Source: an uncultured Rhizobium sp.
GTDB lineage: Bacteria; Bacteroidota; Bacteroidia; NS11-12g; UBA955
Length of the DNA stretch: 52,986 nucleotides
Assembly (NCBI GenBank): GCA_964592635.1
Contig: CAZQFZ010000004.1
Location: forward strand, 1-52,986
Direction: 5' to 3'
Part shown: one piece after another, positions 16,978 through 26,119 of the stretch
How the letters are laid out: the number at the start of each line of letters is the position of its first letter
How positions within the stretch are numbered: position 1 is the stretch's first letter
Made by a program: the position numbers and the translations under genes
Notes under the pieces: model-generated
The model's input: the letters and a program-made list of their open reading frames with translations, nothing else
Told to the model about the DNA's origin: nothing
The model's database searches: none

Positions 16978-17991
16978 ATGAGTTCGAGCATCGAGCAGAT
17001 AAAAAAACCGATTCAAACGGAGTTAGAGTTGTTTGAAAAACAATTCCGACAAAGCATGAAAACCCAGGTTCCCCTGCTGGATACAATCATGACATACATT
17101 GTTAAACGGAAAGGCAAACAAATTCGACCCATTTTCGTACTGTATTCAGCGTCCGTCTTTGGTAAAATCAATGAAAAAACATTCCGAGGTGCCTCATTAG
17201 TAGAACTACTTCATACTGCAACGCTGGTTCATGATGACGTAGTAGATGAAAGCTATAAACGCAGAGGGTTCTTCAGTATCAATGCACTTTGGAAAAATAA
17301 AATCGCAGTACTTGTTGGTGATTTCTTGCTATCACGAGGACTATTACTTGCCGTTAAAAATAGAGATTTTGACCTTCTTGAAATATTAAGTACAGCAGTT
17401 CAAGATATGTCGGAAGGAGAACTTTTACAACTAGAAAGAGCGCGTTTCATGAATGCAACCGAAGAAGTTTACTTCGATATCATTCGAAAAAAAACCGCCT
17501 CTCTGATTGCAAGTTGTTGTCAAATTGGTGCAGCTTCCACTACAACTGATCCCATTTTAATTGAAAAAATGAGACTATTTGGCGAACATATTGGTCTTGC
17601 CTTCCAAATCAGAGATGATCTTTTTGACTTTGGAGAAAACAAAAGTGGAAAACCTGCAGGTCTGGATATCAAAGAAAAAAAACTAACTCTTCCCATAATT
17701 TACGCATTGAAAAATGCACCATCAGATCAAGCAAAAAATATCCGAAAAATAATCAAAGGTTCTTTACCGGATACACAAAAAATGAATCTGGTTGTCGACT
17801 TTATACGCAAATTTGGAGGTATCGAATATGCAACCAATAAGATGAATGAACTCCGGAATACAGCTTTTGCCATACTGGAAGAAATCAGATCAACCACCAT
17901 CTTAACCGAAAATCAATCGCAACATAACAATCAAAATGAACTAAATCAACTTGTGCATTTAGTGAATTTTGTAATTGACAGAAACTCCTAA
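16978..17991 (+). CDS. ispB: Long-chain trans-polyprenyl diphosphate synthase (octaprenyl/solanesyl type)
   Basis: First and second Asp-rich motifs are LVHDDVVDE and FQIRDDLFD. Small residues (A, T) precede the first DDxxD, consistent with long-chain products. Confidence 0.9.
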   Translation: MSSSIEQIKKPIQTELELFEKQFRQSMKTQVPLLDTIMTYIVKRKGKQIRPIFVLYSASVFGKINEKTFRGASLVELLHTATLVHDDVVDESYKRRGFFSINALWKNKIAVLVGDFLLSRGLLLAVKNRDFDLLEILSTAVQDMSEGELLQLERARFMNATEEVYFDIIRKKTASLIASCCQIGAASTTTDPILIEKMRLFGEHIGLAFQIRDDLFDFGENKSGKPAGLDIKEKKLTLPIIYALKNAPSDQAKNIRKIIKGSLPDTQKMNLVVDFIRKFGGIEYATNKMNELRNTAFAILEEIRSTTILTENQSQHNNQNELNQLVHLVNFVIDRNS

Positions 17992-18014
17992 TATACAATT
18001 AAATAAATCGTTTC

Positions 18015-18506
18015 ATGAAAATCACCAACGGATCGAACAGCACCCAATTAATCCAAAAAAACAAATCCTGGATTATTGAGAATCAAAGCCAGTATCAATT
18101 GATTCCCAAAGACAACGAAACCGTTTTGATTTCAACTCCAAAGAAAGTATATACTTTTCGTTGTTTATCTGTTAATCCTGAGGAAAAATCCGTCACCCTT
18201 CTGCATGATTCAAAGAAATACACGTTCAAAATCACAGAGCCATTAGATGAATTACTAAAATCCATGGGTTTGGAAAATGCACTTACTCCTAAAGTCTCCG
18301 AAATCAAGGCCCCTATGCCAGGTTTGGTATTAGACATACTAGTAAAACCAGGTGATGCTGTTAAAAAGGGCGATAAAATATTGATCTTAGAGGCCATGAA
18401 AATGGAAAATGCAATCAAATCACCCATCGATGCGGTGGTTTCAGAAATACACATTACAAAAGGCACTGCGGTTGATAAAAATCAATCTCTTGTAGTTTTT
18501 GAATAA
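18015..18506 (+). CDS. Biotin carboxyl carrier-type protein (biotinyl/lipoyl attachment domain)
   Basis: C-terminal APMPGLVLDILVKPGDAVKKGDKILILEAMKMENAIKSP, with the canonical EAMKM biotinylation motif. The N-terminal ~90 aa are unassigned. Confidence 0.8.
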   Translation: MKITNGSNSTQLIQKNKSWIIENQSQYQLIPKDNETVLISTPKKVYTFRCLSVNPEEKSVTLLHDSKKYTFKITEPLDELLKSMGLENALTPKVSEIKAPMPGLVLDILVKPGDAVKKGDKILILEAMKMENAIKSPIDAVVSEIHITKGTAVDKNQSLVVFE

Positions 18507-18595
18507 TTTCCATTCTGATAACCACTGGGTTCTACGGTTTATTTGTTTTAACACTTTCTCAACTTCCAACTCCCCAACATCGGATTATTTCACCT

Positions 18596-20059
18596 ATGAA
18601 AATTCAGGTAAAACCCACCGTCGTTTTCCTCGTTTTCTTGGGAATATATTTTCTACTTGGAATCATCAATCTCACCCAACTTCCTGTTGCGTGGACCGAT
18701 GAAGTACTCAATATTGACCCTGCCATTCAATATCATCTAACCGGCGATTTTACCTCCAAACTTTGGCCAAATCCGGGATCAGAAAAGGCATTTGCCTCTT
18801 ATTTACCATTAGCACATTGGACCCATACTTTGACTTTGTTCTTTGTTGATTTCAATATATTCAACATTAGAGCTCCTTATTTAGTAATGCATTGCATCAC
18901 CATTGTTTTGTTGTTTAACTATTTAACTCACAATATATCAAATCGTTTAAAATGGCTACCTCTACTATTAACCGCCCTATTTATTTTAGACAAATCGGTA
19001 TTTGAGATATCAAGATCCGTAAGGGTGGAAGTACCAACCATGTTGTTAATTACTTTTTACATACATCTTCAAAAAAAACAAAAATTTCAATTCGTCCGAG
19101 CAACCATATTAGGACTGTTATCCATGGCGCACTTGTACACATGGCCTCTTGTTTTTTTCTGGTTTATCCAAGAGCTATTTAAAGCTCCAAAAGCTATTTC
19201 AAAAACCATTGTATGTGTCTTGTTATTACTGCCATCCATCGTTTTTCTTTATCAAATCCATTTCAATCTTTCCACGCTTATCGCACAGCTTGGCATGCAA
19301 ACACACGACCATAGAATCGTTTCAACTGATCTTCAACATCACCCCTTAATTAACTCTTTCTGGTACCGATTTTTCCCCCATTATCGCGAACAGCCATTCA
19401 TGTGGTTGGTTTACATTTCCTTTTTAATCGCCATTCCCTATTTAACGATTCGATTTAAATTATACCGTCGTATAGAAAATCTACATTTAGTTGGTTTTCT
19501 GATTTTTAGCACAATTTTATTCTTTTTTGCGTCTCCACAATACCGATATTTACCGCCATTTCTATTGTTATCTTTGTTGCTTTCTGTAAGTATCCCACAC
19601 ATCAATTGGCAATATCAAAAGATAACTCCGATATTAATTCTTATTGTTTTTAATTCCTTTTTATCTTTCGCGGGAAGACATCTCGCTGCTTGGAGTCAAC
19701 ATCCTCAAAGAAACGCAAACTCAGTACTTAGCTTCATCCATAAAAACATCCCCCAAAACCAAGAAAAGATTCTCATTTGGGGAGAATCTATTGGTAGTTA
19801 CTATTGCAATGGTTATGTTCAGAAAATGAGAAAATTCACATCGAATCATGTGTTTGATTACGCTATCGAGATATATCCTCAACATTGGAAAAATAAAAAT
19901 TACGACCAAGTTTTCCTTATTACCCACGAAGTGAAACCCGAACTGAAATTAATTGCAGAATATAAAGTAAAACCGTTGTTTCCGTTGCCCAAATGGGCCA
20001 ATCAATTCGCAAAAGGCGGAACGTACGACGGAACTAAAATTTACCGATTGGCGCCTTGA
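18596..20059 (+). CDS. Polytopic membrane protein, probable GT-C fold glycosyltransferase (ArnT/PMT-like, GT39/GT83-like)
   Basis: More than 10 predicted TM helices. An acidic DE pair sits in the first extracytoplasmic loop (LPVAWTDEVLNIDPA), as in GT-C enzymes. There is a soluble C-terminal region. The assignment is by architecture only. Confidence 0.5.
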   Translation: MKIQVKPTVVFLVFLGIYFLLGIINLTQLPVAWTDEVLNIDPAIQYHLTGDFTSKLWPNPGSEKAFASYLPLAHWTHTLTLFFVDFNIFNIRAPYLVMHCITIVLLFNYLTHNISNRLKWLPLLLTALFILDKSVFEISRSVRVEVPTMLLITFYIHLQKKQKFQFVRATILGLLSMAHLYTWPLVFFWFIQELFKAPKAISKTIVCVLLLLPSIVFLYQIHFNLSTLIAQLGMQTHDHRIVSTDLQHHPLINSFWYRFFPHYREQPFMWLVYISFLIAIPYLTIRFKLYRRIENLHLVGFLIFSTILFFFASPQYRYLPPFLLLSLLLSVSIPHINWQYQKITPILILIVFNSFLSFAGRHLAAWSQHPQRNANSVLSFIHKNIPQNQEKILIWGESIGSYYCNGYVQKMRKFTSNHVFDYAIEIYPQHWKNKNYDQVFLITHEVKPELKLIAEYKVKPLFPLPKWANQFAKGGTYDGTKIYRLAP

Positions 20060-21351
20060 ACTGAATTTGCTAAACCATAACCAATCAATTCATCGTAGGG
20101 CATAGCTTGATTCCGATGATAAATTAGCACCATGTAATTATTCTCCGTTACGGAATGCGAACCTTCTAAAAGTTTGTAGTCCACTTTTTCGTTTTCAGAA
20201 CTAGGCACCACATACATATAGTTATAAAAACCTTGTTTCAAAGGCACAATAGCTTCATATTGCCCTAAATCAGCATTATAAAACAATTTGTAATCTTCTT
20301 TAATTGACCAATCGGACAATTCACCATACAAAAAAATATTCTGTTTCAAATCTGGTGAAACCAAAGTAAAATGCACAAAACAATAATCACTTTCTATATT
20401 CACCTGATTCGGCAAATCTTTGTTATCATAAAAAACGCGACCATTATAATCTCTCCATGTTAAATAGCGATCTTGACCTCTAGATTTATCGGCAATCAAC
20501 CAAACATGTTTTTGACCTCCGATATTCAATCGTTTTTTTACACCAGCCTGTGCAACCTGTAAACTACGAATGTCAAAATATCGATATTCATTAATTCCAT
20601 CAAATTGACTACCAAGCATTTGGTTGTATTCATATACATTGCCTTTAATAAATTGAGGTTTAAGATTATCTATGGCCGAATTCCATTCACCATTTCTTAA
20701 AACTACAGATTTAATATCCATCTGAGGATTGGGAATGTAGTAATCTCCAGAAGTCTTGTTAAAGATGAAGTTAACTTGTTGTTGAACTTGACGAAATTCC
20801 ACTTGATTGCTCTGAACAATATTCAAGGAAACATTGCCTTTTGAGCCCAAAACCATAATTCGACGGGAAAGCACAATGTCGTTCTCATCGAAATTCCGAT
20901 ACACCAACAACAAAAAATTTCCTGAAATCGTGGGTTTGGTGTTTTCCGAAGGAAGATTAACCTCATAATGTGTGTATTGTGTAAGTGTACCGTTGGAGAA
21001 ATACGAATTATCTATACTTTCAAAGCCCACACCACTCAAATATTGAGTTCGTGCAATGGGCGATTTTTCCCAATTGGCATCACAATGAATTAATGTGTAT
21101 TGGTAGAAATCCCGTTCCGAAGTTAACTGATCAAAACTCAATTTTAGCTTATTAACAGATTCGTTCAACTCAACTAAAGGAAAATTAAAACCAGCCTCGT
21201 TCAATAGAACAACGGTTCTAATATCGGATTCATATATAGCATTTTCATACCGCAGCTCCTGATCCGTTGCCGATTCTACTTGCTGAACGAGTAAAATATT
21301 GAGCAGGAAAATCAAAAAACCTATACTCCTCCGATTTAATTTAATCATCAT
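20041..21351 (-). CDS. Secreted DUF5103-like protein, possibly the T9SS plug protein family
   Basis: Signal peptide IGFLIFLLNILLVQQVESA. Size (about 435 aa) and N-terminal RYENAIYESDIRTVVL resemble my recollection of the Flavobacterium DUF5103/plug family. The ORF-track start is TTG 21357, and ATG 21351 is preferred. The family call is from memory only. Confidence 0.5.
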   Translation of the reverse strand: MMIKLNRRSIGFLIFLLNILLVQQVESATDQELRYENAIYESDIRTVVLLNEAGFNFPLVELNESVNKLKLSFDQLTSERDFYQYTLIHCDANWEKSPIARTQYLSGVGFESIDNSYFSNGTLTQYTHYEVNLPSENTKPTISGNFLLLVYRNFDENDIVLSRRIMVLGSKGNVSLNIVQSNQVEFRQVQQQVNFIFNKTSGDYYIPNPQMDIKSVVLRNGEWNSAIDNLKPQFIKGNVYEYNQMLGSQFDGINEYRYFDIRSLQVAQAGVKKRLNIGGQKHVWLIADKSRGQDRYLTWRDYNGRVFYDNKDLPNQVNIESDYCFVHFTLVSPDLKQNIFLYGELSDWSIKEDYKLFYNADLGQYEAIVPLKQGFYNYMYVVPSSENEKVDYKLLEGSHSVTENNYMVLIYHRNQAMPYDELIGYGLANSVQGANR

Positions 21352-21383
21352 ATCCAAATATAGTAGTTATAAACAGATTTCAA

Positions 21384-23474
21384 CTACTGGTTTTCTATCC
21401 ACTTCTCCATTAACTCGTCTAATTCCAACTGAAACTCACCCATTTTAACGGTTAAATCCCTATGTTCTTGTGTTAAGCCAACCAGTTTATTGGAATCTGT
21501 AGAAACATCGGGGTTCGACAATTCACTCTCAATAGCATTGCAACGATGTTTCAATTTGGCTATTTCCACTTCCAATTTTTCCATATCCTGCTCCAACTTC
21601 TTCATTTGATTCTTTGATAACTCACTTTTACCCGCCAAAGTTGTATTACCACCCGCCTGATCCAAACTAGATTCTCCTCGATTATTTACAGAAGAATTAT
21701 AAGTTCCACTATTGGATGCAGATGTATGACTTGTTCCTTCTTCGGAATGAGTGTTCACCGATTTTGAGGATTGATTCGAATCCGAATTTATATTTTTTTT
21801 CCCACCCGTATGCGAACTACTACCCGTACTTGTTGAATTTGTTTTATTTGAAGTCATTGGAATACTGCTGTCTATAACTGTACGCTTTTCCATCCACTCA
21901 TTAAACTCATCGTAAGTGCCAGGATATTCCTTCAATTTACCGTTTTCAATCCACCAAATTTTATTGGCTACCCTACTTATAAAAGTTCTATCATGCGAAA
22001 CAAACAACACAGAACCATCATAATTTTCTAAAGATTCAGCCAAAACTGAGGTCGAGAACATATCCAAATGGTTCGTTGGTTCATCCAACAATAGAAAATT
22101 AGATTGAGTAATGAGTGTTTTAGCCAAGGCCAATCGCGATTTTTCTCCTCCTGAAAGAACTTTAACCTTTTTAAATACTTCTTCGCCCGTAAATAAGAAA
22201 CAGCCCAAAATAGTACGTAATTCTTTTTCAGTATATTCGGCACTCACAGTAGCAATTTCGTTCAACAAATCTTTTTTTAGATCCAACGATTCTAATTGGT
22301 GCTGTGCAAAAAAAGCAGTTTCAACATTCCAACCCGGCTCGATCATCCCATCGTATGCTTCACTCCCATGAATCATCCTTAATAAGGTGGACTTACCCTT
22401 TCCGTTTGCTCCAATCAAAGCAATTTTATCTCCCCTTAAAATCGTTGCAGTAGCATGATCCAAAATTTTTAATTCGCCAAATGACTTACTCAAATCCTTT
22501 AATTCAGCTACCACTTTACCCGGTTTCACACGAATATTAAACTTGATATCAAAATCGCGCGTTTCCTTATCTTTTAATTCTATTCGATCTATTTTCTGCA
22601 GCTGCTTTACCCGGCTCTGCACAGCTGCAGCCTTTGAAGCCTTATATCTAAATCGTGAGATAAAAGCCATTTGTTGACGGATAAAATCTTGCTGATTAGC
22701 AAATTGACGTTGCAGCAATTCATCGCGCTCCTCTTTTTGCTCTAAATATTCTGAAAAATTACCCTTATAATGAAAGATTTGATTGTGAGCTACTTCAGCA
22801 ATTCTATTCACCGTTTTGTCTAGGAAAAAACGATCATGTGATACTATAACATATGTTCCTTGATATTCACTTAAATAATTCTCCAACCACTCTATTGTGG
22901 GTAAGTCCAAATGGTTCGTTGGCTCATCCAGTAACAATAAATCTGGCGACATCAACAGCAGCTTCCCCAATATGGCACGCATTCTCCATCCACCACTAAA
23001 TTGTTTTAAGGGTTTATCCAACCACTCCGTAGGGAAACCCAATCCTTCCAAGATTTTATCACCCTGAGATTGCCAATCATATCCACCTAAATTGCCAAAT
23101 TGCTCTTGCAATTCCGACAATCTATTCAACCGTCGATCGTCGTATTCGGTTTCAATCTCTTTTAATAATCGGGTTACTTCTTTATCGATTTCAACTAAGT
23201 CTTCCCTTCCAGACATAACAATATCGCGAACGGATTCATTAAATTCAACACTCAGTAAATCTTGATTCAAAAAACCAATTCGCAAATTGTTGGATTTCGA
23301 AAAACTACCTTCTCGAAGCTCATATTCACCGGATATCAAACGAAGAAGAGTAGATTTACCGGTTCCGTTTAATCCAACCAGTCCAATTTTTTCGTTGGGT
23401 TTAATATGCCAACTTGCTTTTCTGTATAAATACCTACCTGCAAACTCAAAAGAAAAATCATTCAGTGCTAACAC
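21384..23474 (-). CDS. ABC-F family ATPase (Uup-like, two NBDs plus C-terminal coiled coil) with a long S/T/N-rich insert
   Basis: Two Walker A motifs (GLNGTGKST, GANGKGKST), two signatures (FSGGWRMR, LSGGEKSR) and two Walker B motifs (LLLDEPTNHLD twice). There are no TM segments. GTG start. The low-complexity segment is encoded at about 21630-21880. Confidence 0.9.
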   Translation of the reverse strand: MLALNDFSFEFAGRYLYRKASWHIKPNEKIGLVGLNGTGKSTLLRLISGEYELREGSFSKSNNLRIGFLNQDLLSVEFNESVRDIVMSGREDLVEIDKEVTRLLKEIETEYDDRRLNRLSELQEQFGNLGGYDWQSQGDKILEGLGFPTEWLDKPLKQFSGGWRMRAILGKLLLMSPDLLLLDEPTNHLDLPTIEWLENYLSEYQGTYVIVSHDRFFLDKTVNRIAEVAHNQIFHYKGNFSEYLEQKEERDELLQRQFANQQDFIRQQMAFISRFRYKASKAAAVQSRVKQLQKIDRIELKDKETRDFDIKFNIRVKPGKVVAELKDLSKSFGELKILDHATATILRGDKIALIGANGKGKSTLLRMIHGSEAYDGMIEPGWNVETAFFAQHQLESLDLKKDLLNEIATVSAEYTEKELRTILGCFLFTGEEVFKKVKVLSGGEKSRLALAKTLITQSNFLLLDEPTNHLDMFSTSVLAESLENYDGSVLFVSHDRTFISRVANKIWWIENGKLKEYPGTYDEFNEWMEKRTVIDSSIPMTSNKTNSTSTGSSSHTGGKKNINSDSNQSSKSVNTHSEEGTSHTSASNSGTYNSSVNNRGESSLDQAGGNTTLAGKSELSKNQMKKLEQDMEKLEVEIAKLKHRCNAIESELSNPDVSTDSNKLVGLTQEHRDLTVKMGEFQLELDELMEKWIENQ

Positions 23475-23543
23475 ACTGCAAAATTAGCTAATTGGGAATC
23501 AAAACATGAATTTCAAATCAACATTTCACACGAAGTTACACCT

Positions 23544-24029
23544 TCAATTTGAGGAATTCTTCCAAATCATGATGAAATCATTCATTTCGTAGCCTTCCCC
23601 AATATCAAAATCAGCTACGCGTTCAATTTCGAAACCATTTTTAAAATAAAAATTAATTGCCTTGTAGTTTTTTCTATTTACTTGTAATCTGAGCACTTCA
23701 ATTCCGTATTTATTCAGTACATATTCCAATAATTTTTTACCTATACCGTACCGTTGCGATTTAGGCATCACATACAACTTGTTCAAAAACCACCCGCTAG
23801 ACTGTTGAACTATGGAAATAAAACCCATGTTTTCATTGGAATTCATGGCCTTATAAAAAATATGTCCTTCTTGTTGTTGTTTCCTCAAACTCGATATATC
23901 GTACATCCGATTCAACATGTAATCCACTTGCTCTTGGCCAATAATTTCTGGATAATGATTATTCCAAATCACCTTTGCCATAGATTGAATTTCAATCAAA
24001 TCATTTGAATTTACTTCTGTTATAAGCAT
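23544..24029 (-). CDS. GNAT family N-acetyltransferase
   Basis: 161 aa. The acetyl-CoA binding motif A region is LYVMPKSQRYGIGKKLLEYV, and the C-terminus YFKNGFE is typical of GNAT. Confidence 0.85.
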   Translation of the reverse strand: MLITEVNSNDLIEIQSMAKVIWNNHYPEIIGQEQVDYMLNRMYDISSLRKQQQEGHIFYKAMNSNENMGFISIVQQSSGWFLNKLYVMPKSQRYGIGKKLLEYVLNKYGIEVLRLQVNRKNYKAINFYFKNGFEIERVADFDIGEGYEMNDFIMIWKNSSN

Positions 24030-24117
24030 TGTATCGCACGAATATCTGTAATTTGCACATAAAATTCAGAAACTCTCAAGCCCAATCGATGAATTTCTAT
24101 AGAATTAACAATTTAGT

Positions 24118-24828
24118 ATGTTAAAAATTCAGTCGCTTTCAACAGGAATAAAACCAACCACCATTCTACACGCCAATCTGACTTTTAATTTAGAGGCGGG
24201 GCAAACCCTACTTTTAGTGGGTAACAATGGAATTGGAAAATCCGTATTGCTAAAAACATTATTGGGGCACCTAAATCCAATAAATGGTAGCGTTTTTTTG
24301 GAAAATCACAACATACATCAATTAGACCATTCTTCCAAATCCTCACTAGTATCTCTCATGTTAGCAACTCCACCAAACATTGAATACATGGATGGATTTG
24401 AAGTGGCAATTACAGGACGACAACGTTTCCTCTCTAAATTAGATAAAACACTATCGCCACATGAAGAAACTGTATTGAAATTTGCCAAACAATTCCAAAC
24501 AGAATGCTTACTAAACAAACGGTTCTCCCTAATGTCTGACGGAGAAAAACAAAAAATTATGTTTATCCGATGTCTATTGCAAGAAACTCCTCTCATCCTT
24601 TTAGATGAACCTTTGGCATTTTTAGACTATCCCTCAAAAAACCATTTTCTAAAACAACTCCAACATCACTGCCAATCCATTGGCACAATTGCCATTATTT
24701 CCTCTCACGAAATTGAACTTTCACAGAAACATGCTCAAAAATTGCTTTGGTTAAAACAACATACGGAAAGCGAATGGTTTGAGAATCCCAATCAATTTAA
24801 CCCAAACATTTGGTTGCAAAATCAATAA
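24118..24828 (+). CDS. Stand-alone ABC transporter ATP-binding protein (single NBD, degenerate signature motif)
   Basis: Walker A is GNNGIGKS. The signature-position sequence is MSDGEKQ instead of LSGGQ. Walker B is ILLDEP and the H-loop is SSHE. There is no adjacent permease or binding protein. Confidence 0.75.
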   Translation: MLKIQSLSTGIKPTTILHANLTFNLEAGQTLLLVGNNGIGKSVLLKTLLGHLNPINGSVFLENHNIHQLDHSSKSSLVSLMLATPPNIEYMDGFEVAITGRQRFLSKLDKTLSPHEETVLKFAKQFQTECLLNKRFSLMSDGEKQKIMFIRCLLQETPLILLDEPLAFLDYPSKNHFLKQLQHHCQSIGTIAIISSHEIELSQKHAQKLLWLKQHTESEWFENPNQFNPNIWLQNQ

Positions 24829-25773
24829 ATGAAACAGCGAAAACCATTTCAATTTAAAAATTTTATTATCCACCAGGAGAATGTAACTCTACCCGTCACC
24901 ACCGACGCATGCATTTTCGGAAGTGTGGTAGCCAAAGAAATTGTCAATTCCAAATACACCAATACCATACTCGATTTAGGAACAGGAACCGGAGTGTTAA
25001 TGTTTTTTTTGAATCAAGTTCTCCCGAATGCCGAAATAACAGGTATTGAAAAAGATATTTCAAGCTTTGAAACAGCACTGAAAAATATAATCGAAAATAA
25101 AAAAAACAACCTCCGAGCTGTGAATGCCGATTTTTTTGAATGGCAAAAGAAAAATCTAAAAAAGTTCGACATTATTGTAAGCAATCCACCCTTTTTTGAA
25201 AACCAATTGGAATCTGAGGACCCCCAAAAAAGACAAGCTCGACATTTCACCAACAACGGATTTTCAGAATTCTTCCTATTAATTCGTAAACTTCTAAATA
25301 CAAATGGAAACGCTTGGATTTTATTACCGTTTCTCTCATTTAATGCCTCAAATTTTTCAGAAGAAATAACCAAAAACTTTCAATATTGGTCCGCTTTCTC
25401 AAATAAAAATCAACTTCACTTAAATAAGTTCATTACCATCAAAGCCACTGAGTCCAAAAAGCCCCATATTGTTATAATCCATTTAACATACAAAAACCTG
25501 GAAATTCAACATTTAATGGAAAACTCGCCGATTATCAATCACCACCATAAGCCTCCTTTTATAAATACAACCACCAAAAACATAAATTCCTTCCCTCAAT
25601 TTCACGATTCAATTAAACCAATATTCAAAGCCGATTTAATACCAACAATACAATCTCAGCCCCAAAAAAAACATTTCGAACAAATTATTGTTTATCTAAA
25701 AAACCGAGAATACACGAAAGAATGTTTTGAATTGTTAAATCCTTTTTATAATTTCGGTATCTTTGGAAGTTAA
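24829..25773 (+). CDS. SAM-dependent N6-adenine methyltransferase, tRNA1(Val) m6A37 (YfiC/TrmN6)-like, with an insertion of about 55 aa
   Basis: SAM-binding ILDLGTGTGVL and catalytic SNPPFF (the NPPF motif). The ATG directly abuts the TAA of the upstream ABC gene. The protein is longer (314 aa) than my recollection of this family's typical size, owing to a low-complexity H/P/T/N-rich segment. Confidence 0.7.
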   Translation: MKQRKPFQFKNFIIHQENVTLPVTTDACIFGSVVAKEIVNSKYTNTILDLGTGTGVLMFFLNQVLPNAEITGIEKDISSFETALKNIIENKKNNLRAVNADFFEWQKKNLKKFDIIVSNPPFFENQLESEDPQKRQARHFTNNGFSEFFLLIRKLLNTNGNAWILLPFLSFNASNFSEEITKNFQYWSAFSNKNQLHLNKFITIKATESKKPHIVIIHLTYKNLEIQHLMENSPIINHHHKPPFINTTTKNINSFPQFHDSIKPIFKADLIPTIQSQPQKKHFEQIIVYLKNREYTKECFELLNPFYNFGIFGS

Positions 25774-25778
25774 TATAT

Positions 25779-25997
25779 ATGAGTTGGCTAAAATACACAT
25801 TGGAAAAATCCTTTTTTGGAGTATGTAGTCAATTGGCTGACAAAATGCAGATTTCTACCAAAAGTGTAAGACTCTCCTTCATTTATGCATCTTTTTTTAC
25901 ATTGGGTTCGCCTATAATTTTCTATTTAGTTGCTGCATTTTGGCTCAACATAAAAAGGTATTCTCAAGAAAGACGAACTCGAGTTTGGGATTTATAA
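25779..25997 (+). CDS. PspC domain-containing small membrane protein
   Basis: FGVCSQLADKMQISTKSVRLSFIY followed by one TM helix, which is the PspC-domain pattern. Confidence 0.6.
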   Translation: MSWLKYTLEKSFFGVCSQLADKMQISTKSVRLSFIYASFFTLGSPIIFYLVAAFWLNIKRYSQERRTRVWDL

Positions 25998-26119
25998 TAT
26001 TCCCAAAATGGATTTCGATAGTCTAAAAATCTCATAATACTCCCTCTAAAGAACATATTTCCCAGCGCTAATTTATGCCGAAATGCAGGTCTAATAAAGG
26101 AATAAATTTTGGTTCGGAG

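Noticed and set aside
16911-16991. An N-terminal extension of the thioredoxin-like ORF that overlaps the ispB start.
   Set aside because: The extension lacks signal-peptide character. Starting at ATG 16910 gives a proper signal/lipobox and leaves a 67-bp divergent promoter region.
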